In this document: in pieces, positions 31,016 to 39,559 of the stretch
Position numbering within the stretch: the first letter of the stretch is position 1
Layout of the letters: each line of letters begins with the position of its first letter
Assembly (NCBI GenBank): GCA_037442925.1
Contig: JBBIPG010000008.1
Coordinates: 1 to 53,855 of the forward strand
Direction of reading: 5' to 3'
Length of the DNA: 53,855 bases
DNA from: Candidatus Fraserbacteria bacterium
GTDB taxonomy: Bacteria > Bipolaricaulota > Bipolaricaulia > RBG-16-55-9
Program-made: the position numbers and the translations under genes
The notes under the pieces: model-generated
Databases searched by the model: none
Seen by the model: the letters and a program-made list of their open reading frames with translations, nothing else
What the model was told of the DNA's origin: nothing

Positions 31016-31908
31016 CTGAGAAATCTAGGGGAGTCATCTATGACGTTGGGTATCGTCCTTATGAGGGTCCATATCTCGGTCGGTTCCATGCTCTGGCCAG
31101 TTTGATCTGGGATGACCTCAAGCGCGGTCTAGGGGTCAAGAAGGGCTGGAAGTACAGAGCCATCATCATCTTGCTTCTCGTCATTGAGCTGGGAGTCTTC
31201 TTCTTCTTTCTGGTTGTCAGCCAGTTGGGGGAACTCTTTGGCGAGGGCATTCCTCAGTTCCTGCTCAATCCATACACGGCCTTCTACGAGACCTCGACAT
31301 TTGTGCTCCTCTTTTTGAGTGCCCTAGTCGCCCCGAATCTCTTGTGCGATGACCGCCGCTATCGGGTCTACCCATTGTATCTGGCACGGCCTATATACAC
31401 CTACGATTATCTTCTAGCGAAAGCGGGAGCCATCTTTGGAATCCTGACCCTTGTGACGGTGGGACCGGCCTTGCTGCTCTTCCTGGGGAAGACGCTGCTG
31501 GCACCCAATGCGCTGGATTACCTTGGGGAGCATCAAAGGGAATTCTGGGCACTATTGGCAGCGGGATTGTTAATCAATCTCTTCTATGCGAGCTTTGCCA
31601 TGGGGATCTCCTCGCTCACGACCAGCCGGGGCTACGCAGCCGGAGCGATCATTGGGGTCATCTTTTTCTCGGACCTGGTGGCGGATTTGCTGGCAGCGCA
31701 AAACTCGTGGGCTCAGTTGCTCAGCCTGGGTGCTCTGCCGCTGCGGGTCAAAGACTGGTTCTTCTTCGGGAAGCTGTTGTCGATAGAAACAGGGCAAGGG
31801 TTCTCGCTTGAGCCGCTCTCTCCGTGGATCTATCTCTTCGCTACGCACATTGTGATGGCCCTCTCGTGGATGGTCGTCTGGCTGAGCTACCGTCGGGAGG
31901 TCCGGTGA
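31012..31908 (+). CDS. ABC-2 type transporter permease
   Basis: About 6 TM segments, LYLARPI...YLLAK motif, coupled to ATPase genes. Confidence 0.85.
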   Translation: MTEKSRGVIYDVGYRPYEGPYLGRFHALASLIWDDLKRGLGVKKGWKYRAIIILLLVIELGVFFFFLVVSQLGELFGEGIPQFLLNPYTAFYETSTFVLLFLSALVAPNLLCDDRRYRVYPLYLARPIYTYDYLLAKAGAIFGILTLVTVGPALLLFLGKTLLAPNALDYLGEHQREFWALLAAGLLINLFYASFAMGISSLTTSRGYAAGAIIGVIFFSDLVADLLAAQNSWAQLLSLGALPLRVKDWFFFGKLLSIETGQGFSLEPLSPWIYLFATHIVMALSWMVVWLSYRREVR

Positions 31909-32816
31909 TGAGTGTGATCGAGGTCGAGCGCGCCACAAAGCGCTATGGCGAGGTCGTGGCCGTCAGTGACGTCTCGTTCGAACTGGGACCGGGAGTGACG
32001 GGTCTATTGGGTCCCAATGGGGCGGGGAAGACCACGTTGCTCAAGATGATGGCCGGCCTGCTGGGGCCTACATCCGGTCGTGTGAGCCTCTTCGGTCAGT
32101 CGTTACGGCGGGTGCCACAACTCTATAGACGCATGGGGTACTGTCCGGAGAGCGAGCGACTCTATGAGTATATGACCGGGGGCGAGTTCCTCGTCTTCAG
32201 TGCCCAACTTCAGCTCTTGAGTGATCCCGAAAACGAAGCTCGGAAGGCCTTAGAACTCGTGAATCTCGTACCAGAGAGGGACAAGAAGATCCGGGCCTAC
32301 AGCCGTGGGATGCGTCAGCGGCTCAAGGTCGCTCAAAGTCTCCTGCACGATCCGGAAGTGCTCTTGCTGGACGAGCCGCTCAAGGGGGCCGATCCCACGC
32401 AACGGCGGATTCTCATCGATCTGATCCGGGCACTGGGGCAAAGAGGCAAGACGATTGTGGTCTCTTCCCACGTACTCTACGAAGTAGAAAGAATGGCCTC
32501 GCAGATCATTCTCATCCACCGTGGGCGGCTGTTGGCCTTCGGGGATTTTCGGGCGATTCGCGAATCGATGGATGATCGGCCTCACAGAGTCTCTCTACGG
32601 GTGAGCGATCCCAAGCGGTTGGCTGCCTTGCTCACCGAGAAGGCCCTGGTCAGGGGGGTGAGTCTCTCTGGCGACGAGATCGTGGCCGATGTGAGTGAGC
32701 CCGATGTCTTCTACGGCCAGCTCCCTAGCGTTGCTCTGGAGGCCGGCGTGCGGCTCACGCAGCTTGTGAGCCTCGATGAGGATCTGGAAAGCGTCTTTCG
32801 TTATCTCGTGCAATGA
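31908..32816 (+). CDS. ABC-2 type transporter ATP-binding protein
   Basis: GPNGAGKTT, YSRGMRQR, LLLDEP. ATG overlaps the preceding TGA. Confidence 0.93.
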   Translation: MSVIEVERATKRYGEVVAVSDVSFELGPGVTGLLGPNGAGKTTLLKMMAGLLGPTSGRVSLFGQSLRRVPQLYRRMGYCPESERLYEYMTGGEFLVFSAQLQLLSDPENEARKALELVNLVPERDKKIRAYSRGMRQRLKVAQSLLHDPEVLLLDEPLKGADPTQRRILIDLIRALGQRGKTIVVSSHVLYEVERMASQIILIHRGRLLAFGDFRAIRESMDDRPHRVSLRVSDPKRLAALLTEKALVRGVSLSGDEIVADVSEPDVFYGQLPSVALEAGVRLTQLVSLDEDLESVFRYLVQ

Positions 32817-33577
32817 TGATTCCCACAGCACTCCTGCGCTTGGCGTTACGGCAACTATTCGGCTGGCATCGGTTGGGATTGCTCTTGTTTCTATGTGCCT
32901 TGAGTGCCTTGCCTGTCGTAGTGGTTGCCGTGACGCTGGCCTCGGCACAATTTGACCCAGATCTTAGGCAGGAATTCATGAGCGAGGAGTTTCGTGCGAC
33001 TTTCTTGAAGGTGCTCTTCGATTTCTTTCTGTCACCGCTGCTATATCCTGCGATCGCGCTTCTTCTGACCGCCACGATTCTACGTGAGGAGATCCAGAAT
33101 GAGACGATCATCTATCTATGGACGAAGCCTCTCGCGCGTGGTGCCATTGTCATCTCGAAATATGTCGTGGCTGTGTTGGGAGCGCTCGTGTTTTGTGGCC
33201 TGAGCTTCCTGATCACGGCTTCCATCCTCATCAATGACATCAACTTCATCGGGAAGCTCCTGCTTACGGTTGTCTTGGCTCTTTTGGCGTATGGGGCTTT
33301 CTTCCTCGCATTGAGCACGTTCTTTGATCGAGCGCTCCTTTGGGGGTTCGCGTATGTCTTGGGGTGGGAGGAATCGTTCAGCCGCATCTCTTCGGCTGCC
33401 TCGCAGCTGAGCATCCGGCACTACGCGGAGAACCTGGAAGTGACCCTGCTCGGGTTGTCCACGGATGTTTCGCTGGGGGCGAGCGTAGCGGTGTTGTTGG
33501 GGTTGGCGATTGTTTTCGTTGGGGTTGCCAGCTGGCGCTTCTCTCGAATGGAGTTCGCCAGTAGCCAGGGCGAATGA
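32813..33577 (+). CDS. ABC-2 type transporter permease
   Basis: About 6 TM segments, EEIQNETIIYLWTKP motif. Confidence 0.85.
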   Translation: MMIPTALLRLALRQLFGWHRLGLLLFLCALSALPVVVVAVTLASAQFDPDLRQEFMSEEFRATFLKVLFDFFLSPLLYPAIALLLTATILREEIQNETIIYLWTKPLARGAIVISKYVVAVLGALVFCGLSFLITASILINDINFIGKLLLTVVLALLAYGAFFLALSTFFDRALLWGFAYVLGWEESFSRISSAASQLSIRHYAENLEVTLLGLSTDVSLGASVAVLLGLAIVFVGVASWRFSRMEFASSQGE

Positions 33578-33583
33578 AGGCAG

Positions 33584-33625
33584 GAGAGCCATCTAAGTTG
33601 AGGAGGCCAAACCTGGATGGCTCTC
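33584..33625. terminator. Hairpin between convergent genes (probable terminator)
   Basis: GAGAGCCATC...GATGGCTCTC inverted repeat; no U-tract. Confidence 0.5.
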
Positions 33626-33674
33626 GTTGGCACGATCTACACGATCTATATAGCGACCGTTGACTCGAAGCTTG

Positions 33675-34502
33675 TCAGATGACCCCGAACACGCTCGCTA
33701 GGGCTATGAGGCCGGCGACCAGAGCCAGGCCTCCGAGAGCGGTGCTCAAGCTCGTTTGAGATTTAACCTCCTCCACCTCGGCCTGCAGTTGCTGCTCCAG
33801 TTGGGTGATCTGTGCTCGTAGGGCTTCCACTTCTTCCACGTCAGCCTTCGTCAATTCGAGCGAGGTGATCCGGCTGCGGCTCTTCTCCACTTGATCGAGC
33901 AAGGCCGCGCTGGTTGCTTCCACGCTCTGCAAGCGTTCCTTCAGCTCTTGGATTTGTGGTGTGAAGTCTATGAACTTGCCGGCGTCGGCAGAGGGCATCT
34001 TGGCCTGTTGTTCCAGGGTGGCGATCCGCTTCTCCAGTTGCTTCACCTGCATCTCTAGTCCCAACAGTTCGCGGATCTTGGCCTCGACGGACTTCAGACG
34101 GGAGTCCAGTCCTTGCACAGTGGTTTCCAGATCGAAGACGCGTCCTTGAAAAACCGAGAACTTCTCATTGAAGCTGGCCGCCAATCCCTGCAAGGTTCCC
34201 TCTAAGGTGAGCAGACGAGGCTGAATCTCCCCATCGATCTTCTTGTCGATTCCTTGCAGATCGCGCACGGCGCTTTCCGTCTGTTTGAGTTCAAAAGAGA
34301 TTTCCTTGACGATAACGGAGACGGCCTGCGTCTGCTGGAGCTGGAAGGAGAGGTCCTTGACCATTCCTTCAAGTTTCCCCATTGCTTGGGAGAGTTCCTC
34401 GATCTTCTTCTCTAGGTCGCTGTAATCTGCGGACCAGGCGTTGGCTGCCAGTATGGTAGTGAAGAGGATCGCCAGTGCTACCACCAGAGACTTCTTGCTC
34501 AT
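33675..34502 (-). CDS. Secreted long coiled-coil protein with C-terminal membrane anchor
   Basis: Signal peptide MSKKSLVVALAILF...AWSA, continuous heptads, hydrophobic C-terminus; SD AAGGAGGAGG. Confidence 0.8.
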   Translation of the reverse strand: MSKKSLVVALAILFTTILAANAWSADYSDLEKKIEELSQAMGKLEGMVKDLSFQLQQTQAVSVIVKEISFELKQTESAVRDLQGIDKKIDGEIQPRLLTLEGTLQGLAASFNEKFSVFQGRVFDLETTVQGLDSRLKSVEAKIRELLGLEMQVKQLEKRIATLEQQAKMPSADAGKFIDFTPQIQELKERLQSVEATSAALLDQVEKSRSRITSLELTKADVEEVEALRAQITQLEQQLQAEVEEVKSQTSLSTALGGLALVAGLIALASVFGVI

Positions 34503-34605
34503 AGATGTGCCTCCTCCTTGGGCATAATAGACTAAGCGTCAATCTAGCGCCTATGCAAACAGAAGAATAGGAGCCCTGTCAAATGGGGGTGGGAAGTTGG
34601 TCCCA

Positions 34606-34633
34606 TAGTAACGTAACCCGCGTTACAGATCAG
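34606..34633. other. dif-like tyrosine recombinase site
   Basis: 11-6-11 layout TAGTAACGTAA-CCCGCG-TTACAGATCAG. One arm read on the minus strand (TTACGTTACTA) matches the XerD arm TTATGTTAAAT at 7/11. Confidence 0.4.
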
Positions 34634-34640
34634 CCGAGGC

Positions 34641-34669
34641 TTGATAGCCCGGAGCTCTGTCTTTAGAAT
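34641..34669 (+). promoter_or_regulatory. sigma70-type promoter of recombinase gene
   Basis: TTGATA-17 nt-TAGAAT. Confidence 0.55.
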
Positions 34670-34701
34670 GGGCGTTGCTACGGAGATGAGGTGGTGAGTG
34701 G

Positions 34702-35592
34702 GTGATTCCCTGGCAGGATCTGAGTGCGAGATTTCTACGATCTATAGACGTTTCCCCAAATACGCTTAGGACCTATGGGGAGGCGCTCAAGAGCTTCTTC
34801 CAATGGCTGCGAGACCAACCGAGCGATCAACTTGACCCCGAGATACTAAAAGGCTATCGGGAGTGGCTGAAGACGCACAGAGCCGCCAATACGGTGCTTA
34901 CCTATTGGGTGGCCCTGCGCCGTTTCTTTCGATATGCGGTGGCCGAGGGCATGATCGAGAGGAATCCGGTCGAAGGGATGAAAGGTTTGCGTCGTCCTCA
35001 AGGACATCTGCGGCGGGATCTGACCCGAGAGGAGTTGAGAGCGGTCTTTGAGCTGATCGATCGCAGTATGGAACTGGGGAAGCGCGACTATGCGATGATC
35101 AACCTCATGGTTCGCAACGGCTTGCGCGTCATTGAGGTACATCGGGCGAACGTGGGGGATCTCGAAACCCGTCAAGGCAGGACCATTCTGCGCATCTGGG
35201 GGAAGGGGCGAGACGCGCGGGACGAGTTTGTCGTATTGGCGGAACCGACGGAGCAAGCTCTATTGGAGTATCTGTCTTGTCGGGGTCAGCCTGCCCCCCA
35301 CGATCCTCTTTTCATCAAAGGAAGTAAATTCGATCTCAACGGCAACCCACGCTTGAGCACGCGCCACATCCGGCGCCGGATCACTCGCTATCTTCAGAAA
35401 GCAGGCGTGAAGACCTCGAAGACCTCGGTGCACTCGCTCCGGCACAGCTTTGTCACGCTAGCCATAGAGGGTGGAGCTTCGCTCTTGGAGGCGCAAACAG
35501 CCGCGCGCCATCGCTCCATTCAGACGACCATGATCTATTTCCACGAGCACGGGCGCTTGGAGAACCCGGTAGAGGACAGAATCAAGATTTGA
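34702..35592 (+). CDS. Tyrosine recombinase (XerC/XerD-like)
   Basis: SPNTLRTY core-binding domain; catalytic R (GLRVIE), K (GKG), HSLRH, H (ARH), Y (TMIY). Confidence 0.93.
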   Translation: MIPWQDLSARFLRSIDVSPNTLRTYGEALKSFFQWLRDQPSDQLDPEILKGYREWLKTHRAANTVLTYWVALRRFFRYAVAEGMIERNPVEGMKGLRRPQGHLRRDLTREELRAVFELIDRSMELGKRDYAMINLMVRNGLRVIEVHRANVGDLETRQGRTILRIWGKGRDARDEFVVLAEPTEQALLEYLSCRGQPAPHDPLFIKGSKFDLNGNPRLSTRHIRRRITRYLQKAGVKTSKTSVHSLRHSFVTLAIEGGASLLEAQTAARHRSIQTTMIYFHEHGRLENPVEDRIKI

Positions 35593-35636
35593 GGTGGAAC
35601 ACAAGCGAGACGTACAATGGGAGCAGGAGGTTGAGC

Positions 35637-36209
35637 ATGGCTACTTCCGTCGAGGTTCTTAAGCGGCGGTTCACCGTGGAAGAGTACTACAAGATGGCAC
35701 AAGCTGGCATCTTCTCTGAAGATGACCGCGTGGAGCTTCTCGATGGGGAGATTGTCGAGATGACGCCGATAGGAAGCAGTCACGCTGCGGTTGTGGATCG
35801 GCTCACTAGACTCTTTAGTCATCTGGTCGGAGAAGCGGCTTTAGTGCGCGTCCAAAACCCTATTCGCTTGAGCCAGCATTCGGAGCCTCAGCCTGATCTG
35901 GCTCTACTTAAGCCTCGTTCTGATTTCTATGCTCAGGCTCACCCAGGGCCGGAGGACATATTGCTAGTAGTAGAAGTAGCCGAGACCTCTATAGGCATCG
36001 ACCGGAAAATCAAGATTCCGCTCTATGCCAAATCGGGAATCCGGGAGGTCTGGCTGGTGGATTTGGACGAAGAGCGAATTGAGATTTATCGCAAGCCATC
36101 ATCAAAAGGATATGCTGAGATCCAGCGATTGCGCCGTGGACGAAGCCTTTCGCCTCAGGCTCTTTCTGATCTGAAGCTCTCGGTGAGTGAAGTCTTTGGA
36201 ACTAGATAG
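35637..36209 (+). CDS. Uma2 family (PD-(D/E)XK) endonuclease
   Basis: RRFTVEEYYKM..G, RVELLDGEI, SEPQPDLA, LVVEVA, K.PLYAKSGIREVWLVD. SD AGGAGG. Confidence 0.92.
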   Translation: MATSVEVLKRRFTVEEYYKMAQAGIFSEDDRVELLDGEIVEMTPIGSSHAAVVDRLTRLFSHLVGEAALVRVQNPIRLSQHSEPQPDLALLKPRSDFYAQAHPGPEDILLVVEVAETSIGIDRKIKIPLYAKSGIREVWLVDLDEERIEIYRKPSSKGYAEIQRLRRGRSLSPQALSDLKLSVSEVFGTR

Positions 36210-36218
36210 AAGGTCAAC

Positions 36219-36455
36219 ATGCTGACGAGGTACATTCAAGCAGCGATGAATAAAGCGCGGTACGAGATTTTAGAGGACGGCACCTACTATGGTGAAATCC
36301 CACCTTGTCGTGGCGTCTGGGCGAACGCTAAAACTCTCGAAGCCTGCCGCCAAGAGCTTCAAGAAGTGCTTGAGGAATGGCTTCTGTTGAAGATGAAAGA
36401 CAATGACCCCATCCCGACTATCGAGGGTATAAATCTCGAAGTGAAGATTTCCTAA
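36219..36455 (+). CDS. hicB: HicB-family antitoxin (short, no DNA-binding domain)
   Basis: MLTRYIQAAM..A.YEILEDGTYYGEIP...GVWANAKTLEACRQEL. Confidence 0.85.
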   Translation: MLTRYIQAAMNKARYEILEDGTYYGEIPPCRGVWANAKTLEACRQELQEVLEEWLLLKMKDNDPIPTIEGINLEVKIS

Positions 36456-36457
36456 GA

Positions 36458-36670
36458 ATGCTCAAGCCCGTTCCGTGGCGGGAGCTGATTCGCAAGCTCC
36501 ATAAGCTCGGTTATGAAGGACCAATCTCTGGGGGCAAGCATCCGTTCATGAAGAAAGGGAGGTTGAAGCTGCGCATCCCGAATCCACATCAAGGGGATGT
36601 CTCAGTCGATCTGCTGAAACGAATACTCCGTCAAGGGAAGATCAAAGAAGCGGATTGGGAACGGATTTGA
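36458..36670 (+). CDS. hicA: HicA-family mRNA interferase toxin
   Basis: ELIRKL..LGY...GGKHPFM..G..L.IPNPH..D....LLKRILRQ. Confidence 0.88.
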   Translation: MLKPVPWRELIRKLHKLGYEGPISGGKHPFMKKGRLKLRIPNPHQGDVSVDLLKRILRQGKIKEADWERI

Positions 36671-36808
36671 ATGACTCCTTTGGGTCGCACCTCGGCAGGT
36701 CGGTACTTGATTGTGTTCTTTGTTTACAAACACGACGGGCAAGCCCTCATCCTCTCAGCCCGAGATATGACGGCTGCGGAACGGAGCCGATATGAACAAG
36801 AAGCGTAA
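36671..36808 (+). pseudogene. 5'-truncated BrnT (DUF497) toxin remnant
   Basis: Hand translation MTPLGRTSAGRYLIVFFVYKHDGQALILSARDMTAAERSRYEQEA is only the C-terminal half of a BrnT-like toxin. It overlaps the antitoxin start. Confidence 0.75.
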
Positions 36809-37058
36809 AAGCTCGATTTCCAAGGCAAGGTCTTACCGCGAATTGGGCGACTTCTGGGATACCCATGATTTAGCAGACTACTGGGACCAGACCAAGCCCG
36901 TTGAGGTGACGGTAGATCTCAAATCGGAAGTGACTTACTACGCTTTGGATACCGAGTTAGCAACGCGGATTCGCCGGTTGGCGCGACGGCGAGGAGTCTC
37001 CCCCGAGACGCTGCTCAACTTGTGGGTGCAGGAGAAGCTTCAAGAGCAACGGGCGTAA
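36792..37058 (+). CDS. BrnA/CopG-like antitoxin
   Basis: DFWDTHDLADYW motif plus C-terminal RHH (IRRLARRRGVSPETLLNLWVQEKL). Confidence 0.82.
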   Translation: MNKKRKSSISKARSYRELGDFWDTHDLADYWDQTKPVEVTVDLKSEVTYYALDTELATRIRRLARRRGVSPETLLNLWVQEKLQEQRA

Positions 37059-37312
37059 GCGGGGCGTTCTTCAGCTGTTCGGCCATGCCAAGAGGCTAGC
37101 GGGTGGTTCAGCTCATTGAGGAGATTTCTTAAAGCAGGGGTAAGCAGTATGCAGTTCGGTCTGCGACCACTTTGCCCAGATTCGTATGTGTACGATAGCA
37201 TGGCCTGTGCGATTGCCTAGAAGTCATTTCAACCCCTGGATTGCGGCTAGTAGCAGGCTACATGAACCTCCAAGAAAGTGGTACAATGCAATCAGCAGAG
37301 TAAGCAAATCAG

Positions 37313-37660
37313 GTGGATAGGATGGCTAAACTTGTGTTAATATGGTCTTTGTTGGTGGGTGGTTCTATTGAGATTGGCTTGGCCATCCCCATGATCCTGC
37401 ACAAAGTTCCTCCAAATGTAATCTATGGATTTCGGACCCAAAAGACTCTTTCGGACAAAGAAATCTGGTACAAAGCCAACGAGTTCTCCGGAAAGCTTCT
37501 ACTACTAGCTGGAATCATTGCTCTGATCCTTGCAGGTATTCTCTGGTGGCTTCACCCGAAGATGTCCTTCCCCATCATGGAGGCGACAAGCGTCGCTGGT
37601 ATTTTCGTACCTTTAGTGACAGTGGTCACTGGCAGCTTTCTGTACTTGCGCCGATTATGA
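37313..37660 (+). CDS. SdpI/YhfL-family membrane protein
   Basis: KVPPNVIYGFRTQKTLSDKEIWYKANEFSGK, 3 TM segments. Confidence 0.85.
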   Translation: MDRMAKLVLIWSLLVGGSIEIGLAIPMILHKVPPNVIYGFRTQKTLSDKEIWYKANEFSGKLLLLAGIIALILAGILWWLHPKMSFPIMEATSVAGIFVPLVTVVTGSFLYLRRL

Positions 37661-37760
37661 CCGCAGGGCAGGATTGTGATGTCAAGAGGGAATGTCATGC
37701 CCGTGGCGGCGATGCTCCAAGACTTGCTAAGGAAGCCGATCTCCGCTAAAGTCAGAAACA

Positions 37761-37841
37761 ATGGTGCAGCCTCTCGAGCTGGCATGGATACAGGAGCGCG
37801 TCCGAAAGAATGAGTATCTCTACAGCCTGGAAGCCCTATGA
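37761..37841 (+). pseudogene. N-terminal remnant of DUF4258-like toxin
   Basis: MVQPLELAWIQERVRKNEYLYSL then runs out of frame into the YgiT gene and stops. Confidence 0.55.
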
Positions 37842-38064
37842 CGATTGCCTCTATTGCGGTGGACAAGTGGAAGAGCGTCTGGAGCGCATTGACTATCGCT
37901 ACCACGGCCAACTCTTCATTTTAGAGCGGGTGCCTACAGGAGTCTGCACGCAGTGTGGGGAGAAGTTCTTTAAGGCGGAAGTGGCCAAGCGCATGGAGAA
38001 GACCGCCTCGGAAGCGGGGAAGACTGTGAGAACCGTGGCAGTCCCGGTGCTCTCCCTTCCGTGA
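37810..38064 (+). CDS. YgiT-type zinc finger (MqsA-N-like antitoxin)
   Basis: DCLYCGG...IDYRYHGQLFILERVPTGVCTQCGEKFF. Confidence 0.85.
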   Translation: MSISTAWKPYDDCLYCGGQVEERLERIDYRYHGQLFILERVPTGVCTQCGEKFFKAEVAKRMEKTASEAGKTVRTVAVPVLSLP

Positions 38065-38066
38065 GC

Positions 38067-38094
38067 AGGTCCGTTAAGAAATATTAACGGTCCA
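38067..38094. other. Second TAA-N6-TTA palindromic site (dif-like, or hairpin)
   Basis: AGGTCCGTTAA-GAAATA-TTAACGGTCCA, starting 3 nt after the last islet gene. Confidence 0.35.
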
Positions 38095-38312
38095 CCTCTC
38101 CCGCTGTCCCCAGAACCCATAGGCATTCATGCCGTTCCCTTGCGACCGAATTGCCAACCCCCGCTTAAACGGTCGTATTTGCCTTAGCAGCCCTGTCCCC
38201 CTGCTCGTTGCTAGCCGTGACCTACGTCCCCACCTTGAAGGTGACTTCAGTTACCGATCCCTCTCTTTAGACCTCCTAGAATGAAGCCAACGCTAAAGGG
38301 GGGATAAACCAA

Positions 38313-39455
38313 ATGCGTATGCCACAAACGTTCAAACGGACGGCTCTGGCCTTGCTGCTTCTGGCGCTCTTGAGCCTCTTCTCCCTGAGCTCTGCGGTGT
38401 TGGCAGATGAGGACAAGAGTGTCCAAGAGAAGCTCAAGCAGCTCGAGGCCATGATCGACGACCTAGAGTCCGTGGTCAAGTCGCTCACGCTGCAAGTCCA
38501 GAAGGTCTCCGAGACGGCCGTGGCGGACTTGGAGAACTTCCGCCCTCGGCTCTTTACCATCGAGAACCTCACCAAGGACAACACCTTCGAGATCAAGAAG
38601 ATCTCAGGAACCGTGGCGAAGCTCTCCGAGACTGTGGACATGCTGAGCGCACTGCCTGGACAAGTGGAGCAGCTTAGGGCCTACCTCAAAGAAGTCGATG
38701 CGAACCTCTCTTCCAGCATCGAAGCCCTGGCCAACCGCATGGGAGCCATCGAGTTGGCCGTCAGCAAGCTTCAGGACGGCGTAGAGCGGGCGACCACTCT
38801 CACCAATGCGTTCCAGGAGAACCTCGGCAGGATCTTCAACCAGCTCGACGCGACAGACAGTCGGCTCGGTGCAGTCGAGAACTTCCTGGGGGCACTAAAC
38901 AGCAGTGTCGGTTCCTTGGCGGCGCGCCTCGATGATCTGGATAGCCGCACGGCCCAGCTCCAGTCGGCCATAACCCAAGTGGAGAGCCTCTCCGCCATGT
39001 TCTCCCAAGTGCAGGTCAACCTCGCGGAGCTGGCAGCCCGTCAGGACAAGGCAGAAGTCCGATGGGCTCAGCTGAAGGATATGGTTGATCGCCTGGAGAT
39101 GCAAGTGATGCAACTGAAGGGAGATCAGACGGTCACGCCACCGGACAGCGCGCTGGCGGAACGGGTGACTCGCTTAGAGAACAAACTGTCGGAGATGGTC
39201 ATGCTCCTCGAGAGCAACCAGAAGACCGTGGCTGACCTGCAACAGTCGTTCAGCAAGGTCAAGGAGCAGATCAAAGTCGAAATCTTGGCCTCACTTCCCA
39301 AGATTCCTACCGCCCAAGACATAACCATCATGGTGGAGGAGATCGCAGCCAAGCAGATCAAGGAGGCACAAGCTCGAGCGGATGCCGCTCAGGGTCTGGC
39401 TATCGTGGCCCTGTTGGCTGGCATGGCCGCCATCGTAGCTGCCTTGCTGCTCTAA
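38313..39455 (+). CDS. Secreted long coiled-coil protein with C-terminal membrane anchor
   Basis: Signal peptide ending AVLA, about 320 aa of heptads, C-terminal TM GLAIVALLAGMAAIVAALLL. Confidence 0.82.
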   Translation: MRMPQTFKRTALALLLLALLSLFSLSSAVLADEDKSVQEKLKQLEAMIDDLESVVKSLTLQVQKVSETAVADLENFRPRLFTIENLTKDNTFEIKKISGTVAKLSETVDMLSALPGQVEQLRAYLKEVDANLSSSIEALANRMGAIELAVSKLQDGVERATTLTNAFQENLGRIFNQLDATDSRLGAVENFLGALNSSVGSLAARLDDLDSRTAQLQSAITQVESLSAMFSQVQVNLAELAARQDKAEVRWAQLKDMVDRLEMQVMQLKGDQTVTPPDSALAERVTRLENKLSEMVMLLESNQKTVADLQQSFSKVKEQIKVEILASLPKIPTAQDITIMVEEIAAKQIKEAQARADAAQGLAIVALLAGMAAIVAALLL

Positions 39456-39517
39456 ACGAGAACTCAGCTAGGATTACCCCTTTGGCGGCAAGCAGAGCGT
39501 AGGGGATCTTAGCCAGA

Positions 39518-39546
39518 AGCGGGAGGTGCGCGACCCACCTCCCGCT
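39518..39546. terminator. GC-rich hairpin between convergent genes (intrinsic terminator)
   Basis: AGCGGGAGGTG-CGCGACC-CACCTCCCGCT followed by CGCATTTTT. A second hairpin lies at about 39467-39513. Confidence 0.6.
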
Positions 39547-39559
39547 CGCATTTTTCCCT

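Larger units (their letters stand above)
34606..38094 (+). mobile_element. Tyrosine recombinase-associated toxin-antitoxin islet
   Basis: Recombinase followed by co-oriented Uma2, HicBA, BrnT remnant/antitoxin, SdpI, DUF4258 remnant/YgiT; TAA-N6-TTA sites at both ends. Confidence 0.55.

Noticed and set aside
34702..38064. Classical integron
   Set aside because: The recombinase lacks the IntI-specific insertion, is co-oriented with the array, and no repeated attC sites were found between genes.
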